Position numbers and translations under genes: made by a program. Shown one piece after another: positions 9,869 through 18,967 of a stretch of 64,000 bases of DNA. Under the pieces are notes generated by a model. It was not told where the DNA came from. It did no database searches and saw nothing but the letters and a program-made list of their open reading frames with translations. How positions within the stretch are numbered: the stretch's first letter is position 1; the number at the start of each line of letters is the position of its first letter. This DNA is from a virus, in the IMG/VR virus record IMGVR_UViG_3300002026_002465, positions 96,001-160,000 of that record; one strand, given 5' to 3'.

Positions 9869-11185
9869 TTATTTTGAATTAATTATATTCAAAAACTCAT
9901 TAGTTTTATCTAATAATTGCGTATTAAAGTATTCTCCTTTTGATTGAATATTAATATTCAAATTTTTTTTATATTCAAATGTACCCTCATATTCTTTTAA
10001 ATATAGAAATGATTCGAATATATATAAATACAAACCACTTATATTAGGAATATTAGAAATATATTTAAAAAACTCAGTAATTATTTCAGAATCTGATTTA
10101 TAATCATTTATATCAAATTGTTTAAAATATACAGGCTCTTTATTTTTATAAACTTCAATATATTGAAAATCTTGACCTATTTTAGAATAAATATCCACAA
10201 TGTTTTTCATTCTACCAGGTTTAATCTTATTTTCTATTTTAGAACCTATACCTAAAATAGAAAATGTTGGTTCAGATTTTAATATATCATCTTGACTTTT
10301 ATACTGTGGATATATCTTATTTATAAATAAATTTAAAGGTATTGTATTTTTTATTAAATTTACCTTATTAAACTCTCGTAAAATATTAAAAATTTTTTCA
10401 TAAGACAAAGTTTCATCTTTAAATTTAAAAAGTCCAGATGGATAATATCCAAATTTTTTACAAAATTCTAAAATAAATATACAATATGTTTTATATAAAT
10501 CTTCTGATGGATATAATTCCTTATTATTTTTATCTGAAAAACTATAATCAATTGCTAAATTAATTTCATCTACACCCATGGAAGCAACATTAAACATATC
10601 ATAAATCATTTTTTCTACATGATCTTTTTCTTTCCAAAAGATTATAAAGTCGGTTAAAACATATATATTTTGTTTTTTAAAATCTGAAATAATTTTAGGA
10701 ATATTCTCATAATTTTTATATATCCTATTTTGCTTTTTTAAATATTCTTTATCAAAAGTCTGTATACAAAGAATAATAGAGTTAAAGTTGTATTCGCCAA
10801 GAAGTAACGATTGTTCTTCTATATAAGCAGACGGATGAATTTCCATTAGTTTTGATTCTATTTGTTTAAAATTTGGAATTTTTTCAAAAACCATTCTCAT
10901 GTCATCTATAGACATAATATTAGCCGTTCCGCCACCAAAACAATATGTTTCAATTTCTGAATTCGCAATTATATTAGAATAAAAATCAATTTGAGATATT
11001 AAATATGTAATATAATCTTGATATTTAGTACTTTCTTCATAATTTTGAGATATTATTGAACCATGAAAAGGACAATATAAGCAATTAGTGAAGCAAAATG
11101 GATTATGCACATAAACTCTTACAGGAGTGTTATTAAACTCCCATAAATCTAAAATAGATTCTTTTAATATTTCTTGTAGTTTCAT
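9869..11185 (-). CDS. HemN-like (class C) radical SAM protein
   Basis: VYVHNPFCFTNCLYC, FGGGT, CIQTF and LGIGS match HemN-family signatures. Confidence 0.8.
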   Translation of the reverse strand: MKLQEILKESILDLWEFNNTPVRVYVHNPFCFTNCLYCPFHGSIISQNYEESTKYQDYITYLISQIDFYSNIIANSEIETYCFGGGTANIMSIDDMRMVFEKIPNFKQIESKLMEIHPSAYIEEQSLLLGEYNFNSIILCIQTFDKEYLKKQNRIYKNYENIPKIISDFKKQNIYVLTDFIIFWKEKDHVEKMIYDMFNVASMGVDEINLAIDYSFSDKNNKELYPSEDLYKTYCIFILEFCKKFGYYPSGLFKFKDETLSYEKIFNILREFNKVNLIKNTIPLNLFINKIYPQYKSQDDILKSEPTFSILGIGSKIENKIKPGRMKNIVDIYSKIGQDFQYIEVYKNKEPVYFKQFDINDYKSDSEIITEFFKYISNIPNISGLYLYIFESFLYLKEYEGTFEYKKNLNINIQSKGEYFNTQLLDKTNEFLNIINSK

Positions 11186-11194
11186 TATAAGAAA

Positions 11195-11220
11195 TATGCT
11201 TTTTCAAATGAAAAAGCATA
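11195..11220. promoter_or_regulatory. Perfect 12-bp inverted repeat between the divergent rSAM operons
   Basis: TATGCTTTTTCA-AA-TGAAAAAGCATA in the 65-bp divergent intergenic gap. Confidence 0.6.
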
Positions 11221-11250
11221 AATTTATGTTTTTTTTCATAAGATAATAAT

Positions 11251-11709
11251 ATGATAAAAATAACAACTATTGATAATATATATGAAGTGCTGCAAGATAC
11301 TACAAGTGTTGAAGAAAGATGTGAAATTGCTATAAAATTAATTGATACTATTATTAAAGATAATTTCAATGAGTATTATATAATTTTTTTAGATAATTAT
11401 AACGTTCCAGTTCAGTGGAGTGATTTTGAGAATTTTTGTATAAAAGAAAATTTAGATTTTGATAAATATAAAAAGTTGACTAATCAATGTTTCGATAAAG
11501 CAACATTATATTTAGAAGTTGTTGATCTAGAAAAAATAAAAATCAACTACCCAAAGGATAAATTTCCAAAAGATGTAAATAACTACACTCCTTATGGATA
11601 TAGTAACTATCCAAATAGATTCAGAATTTATAATAGAGACATCGCCATGGATCTTATTAAAAACTACTCTCTACAAGAACTAGAAAAGTATAGTCATGAT
11701 TTATCATAA
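11251..11709 (+). CDS. Hypothetical rSAM-cluster accessory protein, paralog of 2640-3101
   Basis: 152-aa ORF; motif similarity to 2640-3101; directly upstream of an HxsC-like rSAM. Confidence 0.7.
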   Translation: MIKITTIDNIYEVLQDTTSVEERCEIAIKLIDTIIKDNFNEYYIIFLDNYNVPVQWSDFENFCIKENLDFDKYKKLTNQCFDKATLYLEVVDLEKIKINYPKDKFPKDVNNYTPYGYSNYPNRFRIYNRDIAMDLIKNYSLQELEKYSHDLS

Positions 11710-11746
11710 GTAAGGCATATTTTAGTAGTTAGTAATAGAGGTAAAA

Positions 11747-12718
11747 ATGCTTAAATGTTTAGATCTTGAAACGGAAAACACCAATGATTATTGGGGTTCA
11801 ATAATTATTTATGGGCACCAAAAATGTATGAATACTTGTTTGTTTTGTTCAGGTAAAAACGAATCAATTGATGATGATACTATAAAATATAAAAAAGCAA
11901 TTTATGATGCTGATTATTTAATAAGTAGTGGTGTAAATAAAATAGAAATATCTGGTGGAGATCCAGGTGAATTTAGTATGATTGTTGATGTTGTGTCTTA
12001 TTTAAAAACTAAAGGTATTAAAACAATTCAATTATCAACACACGGAAGAACTCTTATTAATGAAAATTTTGTAAAAAAATTAAAGGATGCAGGTGTTACT
12101 TTGTTTAAAATACCATTATATGGTAGCACACAAGAAATACATAATAAAAGTGTCCAGGTTGATAATTCAATAGATAATGCTTTTTCAGACACAATTACAG
12201 GTATTAAAAATTGTAATAAACATGGCATGAGTATAATAGGATATATTTTATTAAATCAATATAATAAAAATGATATTACAAATATAGTAAGATTATATTT
12301 AAGCATCTCAAATTATATTTATAAAATAATAATAGGAATAACATTTATTTCAACTGTTGAATATAGTTATACAAGAGATTGGTTTTTACCAATAAAAGAT
12401 ATGAAACCATATCTTGAAGATATATTGATTGAATTTTCTAAAAATAATATAAATTTTGAGATGATTGATATTCCTTATTGTGCTATTGGTAAGTATTCTG
12501 AAAATATAGATAATAGACTTATTTTTCCAAATCTTGGAAATCATAAAGTAGAAGAACAAAATAGATCAACAATTTCAGATTTTATTCCTCATTATAGAAT
12601 TAAATCATATTTTAATGAATGTAATTCTTGTAACTTAAAAAATCTATGTAGTGGTATTCCAATCAATGAAATTAAAATGTTTGGAATATATGGACTTGAA
12701 GGAGTTGGAAGTGTTTAG
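11747..12718 (+). CDS. Radical SAM protein, HxsC-like
   Basis: CMNTCLFC, SGGDP, LSTHG, DIPYC and C-terminal CNSCNLKNLCSGI; GAGG Shine-Dalgarno. Confidence 0.85.
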   Translation: MLKCLDLETENTNDYWGSIIIYGHQKCMNTCLFCSGKNESIDDDTIKYKKAIYDADYLISSGVNKIEISGGDPGEFSMIVDVVSYLKTKGIKTIQLSTHGRTLINENFVKKLKDAGVTLFKIPLYGSTQEIHNKSVQVDNSIDNAFSDTITGIKNCNKHGMSIIGYILLNQYNKNDITNIVRLYLSISNYIYKIIIGITFISTVEYSYTRDWFLPIKDMKPYLEDILIEFSKNNINFEMIDIPYCAIGKYSENIDNRLIFPNLGNHKVEEQNRSTISDFIPHYRIKSYFNECNSCNLKNLCSGIPINEIKMFGIYGLEGVGSV

Positions 12719-13973
12719 ATTTACAGATTTAATTATATTTAGATTAACAAGGGGGTGTAATCTAAATTGTAAATATTGTTTTATGCAAAATAAAGAAGAA
12801 TATAAAAATGAAAAAATAGATTTTGAACTTTTTAAAAAAATAATAGATAGAATTATAGAACAAAGACTAATAAATTCAAAACATACACAACTATCACTTG
12901 TTTTTCATGGTGGAGAATTTTTAACTATAGGGAAAAAAAGCCTGTATGAAATTTTAGAATATACAACTGCCCAAATGAATCTAAATAATATAGATTGTGA
13001 ATTAGGTTGTCAAACAAATGGGGTATTATTAGATGATGAAATTGCAAAAATATTAAGTAAATTTAGTGTAGGAATAGGACTTAGTTTTGATGGTGTAAAT
13101 GGTTCTAATGACTTGCGTGATATTAAACAGGAAATATTTGAAAGCAAGTTTGAAATATTAAAGAAAAATAAAAACAATTTTGGTTTTCTTATCATTGCAA
13201 ACAAATCTAATATTGATAAAATCCAAGATTCACAAGATTATATTAAAAAGTTAAATAGAACAAATGGATATAAAATAAATTATTCTGAAGATATGATAAA
13301 TCCTGGTGAAAACAGTGAAATAGAAGTCTCTGGTAAAGAAATGTTTGAGAAAGTTTTTAAGCCAGAATTATTACGTATTTTAAAAGGAGAACAACCTGAA
13401 GAACATAACACAAAAGAACTTTTAACAAAAGCAATAATAGATATTTTATCATATCATGAAAATGGCACAAAATCAGGTTGTGGCACTAAATGGTGTGGTG
13501 CTGGTATCTCAATGATAGCAATAGAGCCTGATGGTGAAATGGATTATTGTGATAGATATTCCAAAAAATTTTCTGAAACATATATTCAACATGCTTTAGA
13601 TTATGATTTTTTAGGTATATATCAATTAAATAAAATGATACAATACAATAAAATGAAAGCTAAATTATATAATAATTATGAGTGTGATACTTGTTATGCT
13701 GATTATATATGTAATCATGGTTGTGAATCATTTTATTATTCTAAATATGGTGAATATGGAATTGATACTAGACTAGTGTGTGATCAGTATAAAATGTTTT
13801 ATAGTTTTGTTCTAGAAAATATTGTTGAATTTGTTAAAAAACGTGAAATTGTTTCATATGCAAATGATACTATAATTAAGATTAGACCAAACATTAATTA
13901 CTTATTTTTTTCTTATGGAATTGACTTGATAATAACAGATGATAAAAAAAGCATAATTATTAAAAGGACATAA
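12711..13973 (+). CDS. Radical SAM/SPASM maturase (anSME/HxsB-like), paralog of 5577-6800
   Basis: TRGCNLNCKYC, FHGGE, QTNG, SFDG, CGTKWCGAG, EPDG..YC and CDTCYADYICNHGC. The GTG start at 12711 after GGAG gives MFRFT, matching MFQNT of the paralog. Confidence 0.9.
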   Translation: MFRFTDLIIFRLTRGCNLNCKYCFMQNKEEYKNEKIDFELFKKIIDRIIEQRLINSKHTQLSLVFHGGEFLTIGKKSLYEILEYTTAQMNLNNIDCELGCQTNGVLLDDEIAKILSKFSVGIGLSFDGVNGSNDLRDIKQEIFESKFEILKKNKNNFGFLIIANKSNIDKIQDSQDYIKKLNRTNGYKINYSEDMINPGENSEIEVSGKEMFEKVFKPELLRILKGEQPEEHNTKELLTKAIIDILSYHENGTKSGCGTKWCGAGISMIAIEPDGEMDYCDRYSKKFSETYIQHALDYDFLGIYQLNKMIQYNKMKAKLYNNYECDTCYADYICNHGCESFYYSKYGEYGIDTRLVCDQYKMFYSFVLENIVEFVKKREIVSYANDTIIKIRPNINYLFFSYGIDLIITDDKKSIIIKRT

Positions 13974-13974
13974 C

Positions 13975-14199
13975 ATGAATAAAAATTATTGTACTAGATG
14001 TAAAAATGAAATTATAGATATGGCAATTATAGTTGATTTTAAAATAAGTGTTGGAAGAGTAAAAAATAGTGGAATATTTGAAAACATTCCAAATCTTGAA
14101 AACAACTCAAGAGAAGTTTTATGTGATGATTGTTTTAACAAGTTTTCACTTTTAATGGAAGGCTTAAATATAAAATACAATAAAAAAGTGGAGAATTAA
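13975..14199 (+). CDS. Small CxxC...CxxC zinc-finger-like protein
   Basis: CTRC ... CDDC; paralog of 6802-7089. Confidence 0.7.
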   Translation: MNKNYCTRCKNEIIDMAIIVDFKISVGRVKNSGIFENIPNLENNSREVLCDDCFNKFSLLMEGLNIKYNKKVEN

Positions 14200-14945
14200 T
14201 GATATTAATAGCAGGACCTTGTGTTCTAGAAAATAAAGATATGCTTGATAAAGTTGCATCTTATTTAGTAGAGTTTAAAAAAGATAGTGATTTTTATCTT
14301 AAGGCATCATGTGTTAAAGATAATAGAACAAAGACCAATAATTTTAGTGGTCTTGGTTTTGAAAAGTGTTTAGATATATTTATTGAGATAAAAAATAAAT
14401 ATGGAGTGAAAATAACAACTGACTTCCATAATGAAGAGCAGTTAGAAAATTATGGTATGTATTTTGATCTTATTCAAATACCGGCATTCTTGGCAAGACA
14501 ACAATCTCTATTAAAAAAGGCTGTTGAATTGAATTTGCCTATCCATGTCAAAAAATCTCAATTTACATCACCATATAATACTATAGATATTGTAAGCATA
14601 TTAAAAGATTTTGGGCACTCTGAAGAAATAATGATAACTGATAGAGGAACTCAGTTTGGTTATGATAGAGTTATTATGGATCCACGTCACATTGCTTGGA
14701 TGCAAAATGATGGAGCTAAAACATTAGTTGATATAACCCATCCTAATAAACTCCTTGGGGAACCTTTAAAGTTAGCTAAAATATTAGCTGAATCTTATAT
14801 GATGGCAGGAGTAAATGGTGTATTTTTAGAAACACATCCAAACCCTGCAGAGGCTCTTTGTGATGCTGATACTCAAATTAATATAGATGATTCTGTTGTT
14901 CTAATAAGGAAATTATTAAAACTAGAAAAGTATATAAAGGAATAA
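14199..14945 (+). CDS. kdsA: 3-deoxy-D-manno-octulosonate 8-phosphate synthase-like (metal-dependent type)
   Basis: IAGPC, KAS..K.NR, TDFH, QIPAFL.RQ, VKK.QF, RG..FGY, D.TH and FLETHP.P..ALCD. Confidence 0.9.
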   Translation: MILIAGPCVLENKDMLDKVASYLVEFKKDSDFYLKASCVKDNRTKTNNFSGLGFEKCLDIFIEIKNKYGVKITTDFHNEEQLENYGMYFDLIQIPAFLARQQSLLKKAVELNLPIHVKKSQFTSPYNTIDIVSILKDFGHSEEIMITDRGTQFGYDRVIMDPRHIAWMQNDGAKTLVDITHPNKLLGEPLKLAKILAESYMMAGVNGVFLETHPNPAEALCDADTQINIDDSVVLIRKLLKLEKYIKE

Positions 14946-15680
14946 TTGATAAATAACTCAGTTGGTATAATACCTGCAAGATTGGATAGTACAAGATTTC
15001 CTAATAAATTATTCTCAAAACTAGACAACATTCCTATATTACAAAGAGTTATAGAGAATATATTAAGTGCTAATGTTGTAGATAAATTAATAATTGCTAC
15101 AGATAGTAAGCGAGTTATTGATTTCTGTAAATCATTTAATGTTGAATGTTTTTATATGGAGGATATGGTTAGTTGTGGGAGTGAAAGAGCATATTATGTT
15201 TATCAAAAGTATCCAAACTATGATCAATACATAACATTCCCTGCAGATGAACCCCTTATCAACCCTGATGAAACAAAAAAATTGTTTAAAGATTATGAAG
15301 TTAAAGCTCCTGTGACAACATGTTATTCAGACTTTCACTCAATGGATAGACTCCTTGATCCTAAATCTTGTAAAATTGTTTCTAATAAAGCCAACCAAGT
15401 ATTGTATTTTTCACGCTCTCCAATACCATGGTCAAAGACTGGATTATTAGATATAAAAGAGTATAAGAAACATGTTGGTGTGTTTATATTTGAAAATGAA
15501 TTTTTTACTAAATATAAAGATCAGTGGAAGAGTGACTTGGCAGATAAAGAAGGATTAGAACAAATTGCTTTTATAGATAATAATATACAAGTTAATCTAA
15601 TGAAAATAGAGCATAAATATTATGGAATAGATTCTCCAGAAGATATAATAAAAATAGAAGAATTAATGAGGCAAAAATGA
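14946..15680 (+). CDS. kdsB: CMP-KDO synthetase (3-deoxy-manno-octulosonate cytidylyltransferase)-like
   Basis: IIPARLDSTRFPNK, DEPLI, LYFSRSPIP, KHVG and LEQ motifs; TTG start. Confidence 0.88.
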   Translation: MINNSVGIIPARLDSTRFPNKLFSKLDNIPILQRVIENILSANVVDKLIIATDSKRVIDFCKSFNVECFYMEDMVSCGSERAYYVYQKYPNYDQYITFPADEPLINPDETKKLFKDYEVKAPVTTCYSDFHSMDRLLDPKSCKIVSNKANQVLYFSRSPIPWSKTGLLDIKEYKKHVGVFIFENEFFTKYKDQWKSDLADKEGLEQIAFIDNNIQVNLMKIEHKYYGIDSPEDIIKIEELMRQK

Positions 15681-16270
15681 AATATTTATTAGATTCAGTT
15701 AAACGAGAAGATATAGCAAAATGGAATAGCACTGTTGATGGAGTAACATCAAACCCTATTTTATTAAAAGAACAAAAAATGACCAATCTAGAGTTTTTAA
15801 AATCTATGACTGGATATAGCATGTCTGATAAAAAAATATTTATTCAGATAACAGATATTGAAGAGGCATTTTATTTAAAAAATGAATCTCCTTTAAATAT
15901 TATTTTTAAAGTTACAATGCATCCTAAATATTATCCATTAATAAAAAAATTAAAAGACAATGGGTATCAAGTGGCGGCAACTACAATGTATGATATTGTT
16001 CAAATTAATCAAGCAATAGAGTTTGGGTGTGATTATACAATGGTTTATTTTCACAAGAATACAAATAAATTGTTATTTGAACAAGCTTATAAACTAAAAC
16101 AAATTACAGGTTCAAAAATAAAACTTGTTGGAGCTTCATTTAGGAATAAACAAGAGGTTGAGAAGGCTATATTAAATGGTATGGATTATAGTACAGTAAG
16201 ACCAGAACATTTAGAAGTTGCATTTAAAAATGAACAACTAGAGTCAGATTTAAGCGTTTTATACGCATAA
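15677..16270 (+). CDS. Transaldolase-family protein, fructose-6-phosphate aldolase (FSA)-type
   Basis: LD, GVTSNP, Schiff-base Lys in IIFKV, and ASFR; Gln in FIQI and Tyr in MVYF match the FSA rather than TAL determinants. Confidence 0.8.
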   Translation: MKYLLDSVKREDIAKWNSTVDGVTSNPILLKEQKMTNLEFLKSMTGYSMSDKKIFIQITDIEEAFYLKNESPLNIIFKVTMHPKYYPLIKKLKDNGYQVAATTMYDIVQINQAIEFGCDYTMVYFHKNTNKLLFEQAYKLKQITGSKIKLVGASFRNKQEVEKAILNGMDYSTVRPEHLEVAFKNEQLESDLSVLYA

Positions 16271-16297
16271 ATTGATTTTATCATAAAGATAAGATAT

Positions 16298-16660
16298 ATG
16301 GCAAAAGGAATTGGATTTTACGATAAGAAATTTTTATTAATAAAAAAAGACAAAGAATTGGTTGCTGAGTCTATAACGAGGATTATAATGACAAATCCTG
16401 GTGAAAGAGTTGGCCAACCATTTTTTGGTGTAGGGTTAAGAAATGTTTTATTTGATCAGGTTGATGCAACAACAAAATCTAATTTAAAAAAGACTATTAT
16501 TGATCAATGTTCAACATATGAACCAAGAGCTGACATAACAGATGTTACTTTTGAAGAATTAACTGATAACAACACTATTATTGTTAAATTAAGTTTTCTT
16601 ATGGATGGAGATACTCCTAAAAATGTAAATATTTTAACATATAATTTTAGCTTACAATAG
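16298..16660 (+). CDS. Baseplate wedge subunit, gp25/GPW-like
   Basis: I..I+.T.PGER..QP.FG..L...LF and YEPR motifs; 120 aa. Confidence 0.88.
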   Translation: MAKGIGFYDKKFLLIKKDKELVAESITRIIMTNPGERVGQPFFGVGLRNVLFDQVDATTKSNLKKTIIDQCSTYEPRADITDVTFEELTDNNTIIVKLSFLMDGDTPKNVNILTYNFSLQ

Positions 16661-16693
16661 ATGGAAAAATATATTTTGATTAAGAGGTAAATA

Positions 16694-18967
16694 ATGGATA
16701 AATTAATCCGTCTTCCACGTTTTTCATATACTTCATTAGACTTTGATACAATAATAGAAGATATAAAGGCTTTAATAAAAGAACACCCAGAGTATAACCA
16801 AGAATGGGATGACTTTCTTGAATCTAATGCTGGCAAAATGACTGTTGAGTTAGTTTCATTCATTATGCAAAAGTTTGCAGAAAGAGCTGATTGGATTGCT
16901 AGAGAATTGTTTATATCAACAGCAACACAAAGACAATCAGTAATTAATTTATTAAAGTTAATTAATTATAGACCAGCCCTTCCTAAAGCTGCAAAAGCAA
17001 ATGTTACAATGAAACTCACCCAGTGGGTTCCATCTTTTTATCTTCCTATAAGAGATTCAATTCAAGCAACAGATATAAATGGGAGCACAATTAATTTTGA
17101 ATGTATAGAACTTGATGATGATGGAAAACCAAATTATAATTATGAACACTTTATTAATAGTGGAACTGTTGATGCCCAAATTAAAGAAATAAATAACATA
17201 CCCTATTATCAAGGAAGAACTCATGTTGATCAGGAAATATATTTAGATGGTATAGATAATGAAAAATATATTTTATCAAATTATCCTGTTATAGAAAATA
17301 CTGTTAGAGTTTATTCAGCAACAACTGGAAAAGAGCATATACAAGTAAATTCATTCGTATCACCAGAAGCACAACAACCAGACGTTGCAGCGGATGTTGA
17401 TAAAATTCCACCATATATGATTGAAATAGACGCTGATAATAGAATGACAATAAAATGGGGATCATCACAAATTGTTAAAACACCTGGTAAGGGTGAGAAA
17501 ATTACTATTTATTATAGAGTTGGTGGAGGGGCTAATACAAATATTGTTGCAAAAGGTATATCAACAACAAAAACATATTCTTCTGGTGATAAAAGAATAA
17601 CGATTATAATAACAAACCCAAAATCTGCAGCCGGTGGAGCAAATGGAGATGATATTGATGAAGAAAAATTAATAGCTCCAATTAGATTGAGATCAGCCGA
17701 AAAAACTGTAACAGAAGAAGATTATATAACACACCTTGAAGATGATGCAAATATTATGCATGTTATTCCCATTGGAGCTGAAAATGAACCTGCTCAATTA
17801 AAAATTGATTATGGACATGCTCTCCCTCCTCTTGATACATGGCTTTATATTATACCAAATAGAGAAGATTGGACAAATTATAACCCATATGAATATAATT
17901 CATTATTTGAAATATCAAGACCTTATGATGTATGGCAAGAAAGTGATTATGAAGATATATTCTTTGATTCAACAATACAAACCGTATTTCTTAAAAAACT
18001 AAAAAAATATTATGGACATAAACTCTATATTACATTATATGAAAACACAGTTGAAGGATCATGGTGGCTTACATCTCCATCATTTATTCAAGATGTTGAT
18101 TATACTTTAAATAAAGATAGTTGTGAAATAACTCGTATTACAACAGTTGAAGGTGGAACTATACCATCTTCAACTAGAACATTAAGAGTTAGATATATAA
18201 AACAAGATGTTACAAAATTTAAAGAAAAAACTGTCAAGACATTTGATATTAATAATAAAATATATCTTGGTCTCTTTAATAACAAGCTTTTCCCATCAAA
18301 TGAAATAAAAATTTATAATAATAAAATGACTGTTCAATATAAAGAAGATGTTGATTATAAGATTTATTGGACAAGTGGAATTATTGAATTAATTGTTGAT
18401 AAGGCAATATTACCAGGACAAGCTGTTATTGTTTATTATACAGATAATTATGATGAAGAAGATAAATCATCTGAGGAATATAATCTTTTAAGTATAATAA
18501 AAAACAAAAAAATGATTTGTGTTGATAACTATGTTAAAGAATCTTTTATTACTCCATTTGACATTTCAGGAACAGTTTATTGTTATAAAAACATGAGATC
18601 AAATGTTACACAAAATCTTGAAAGTTATTTATTAGATAAATATAGTTTATTAAATGCAAGTTTTAATAAACCTATATTAATTCCAGATATTATTACAGAT
18701 ATAATGAATTTTAGTGGTGTTAGATTTTTTCAACCTGATTATGTTGGTGAAAATTATCATTTATATAAAAAATATATAAGTGATGAAATCACATTTGAAG
18801 AATTAGATACCTTGGGTGCAAAGAATTATTTTAAAGAAGAGAATCAACAAATACCAGCAAATTATAGAACTCTATATGTTTTATCAAATAATGAATATGA
18901 TGGAGATGAAACAATAGAAAATAGAATTCATGGTTTAATCTTAAAAATTAAGGATTCTAATATATAA
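16694..18967 (+). CDS. Baseplate wedge protein, T4 gp6 / baseplate-J-like
   Basis: LDFD.I, DFLESNAG, A..R.SV..L..LINY, YRVGGG..N, A.GG...DD, and VT.EDY. Confidence 0.85.
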   Translation: MDKLIRLPRFSYTSLDFDTIIEDIKALIKEHPEYNQEWDDFLESNAGKMTVELVSFIMQKFAERADWIARELFISTATQRQSVINLLKLINYRPALPKAAKANVTMKLTQWVPSFYLPIRDSIQATDINGSTINFECIELDDDGKPNYNYEHFINSGTVDAQIKEINNIPYYQGRTHVDQEIYLDGIDNEKYILSNYPVIENTVRVYSATTGKEHIQVNSFVSPEAQQPDVAADVDKIPPYMIEIDADNRMTIKWGSSQIVKTPGKGEKITIYYRVGGGANTNIVAKGISTTKTYSSGDKRITIIITNPKSAAGGANGDDIDEEKLIAPIRLRSAEKTVTEEDYITHLEDDANIMHVIPIGAENEPAQLKIDYGHALPPLDTWLYIIPNREDWTNYNPYEYNSLFEISRPYDVWQESDYEDIFFDSTIQTVFLKKLKKYYGHKLYITLYENTVEGSWWLTSPSFIQDVDYTLNKDSCEITRITTVEGGTIPSSTRTLRVRYIKQDVTKFKEKTVKTFDINNKIYLGLFNNKLFPSNEIKIYNNKMTVQYKEDVDYKIYWTSGIIELIVDKAILPGQAVIVYYTDNYDEEDKSSEEYNLLSIIKNKKMICVDNYVKESFITPFDISGTVYCYKNMRSNVTQNLESYLLDKYSLLNASFNKPILIPDIITDIMNFSGVRFFQPDYVGENYHLYKKYISDEITFEELDTLGAKNYFKEENQQIPANYRTLYVLSNNEYDGDETIENRIHGLILKIKDSNI

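Noticed and set aside
9869-11185. Calling the HemN-like gene a true coproporphyrinogen III oxidase (hemN)
   Set aside because: No haem pathway context and a diverged C-terminus; the rSAM cluster context favours a tailoring role, so no gene symbol was given
15677-16270. Cyanophage-style talC auxiliary metabolic gene
   Set aside because: The key residues are Gln/Tyr (aldolase type), and there are no photosynthesis or pentose-phosphate genes nearby
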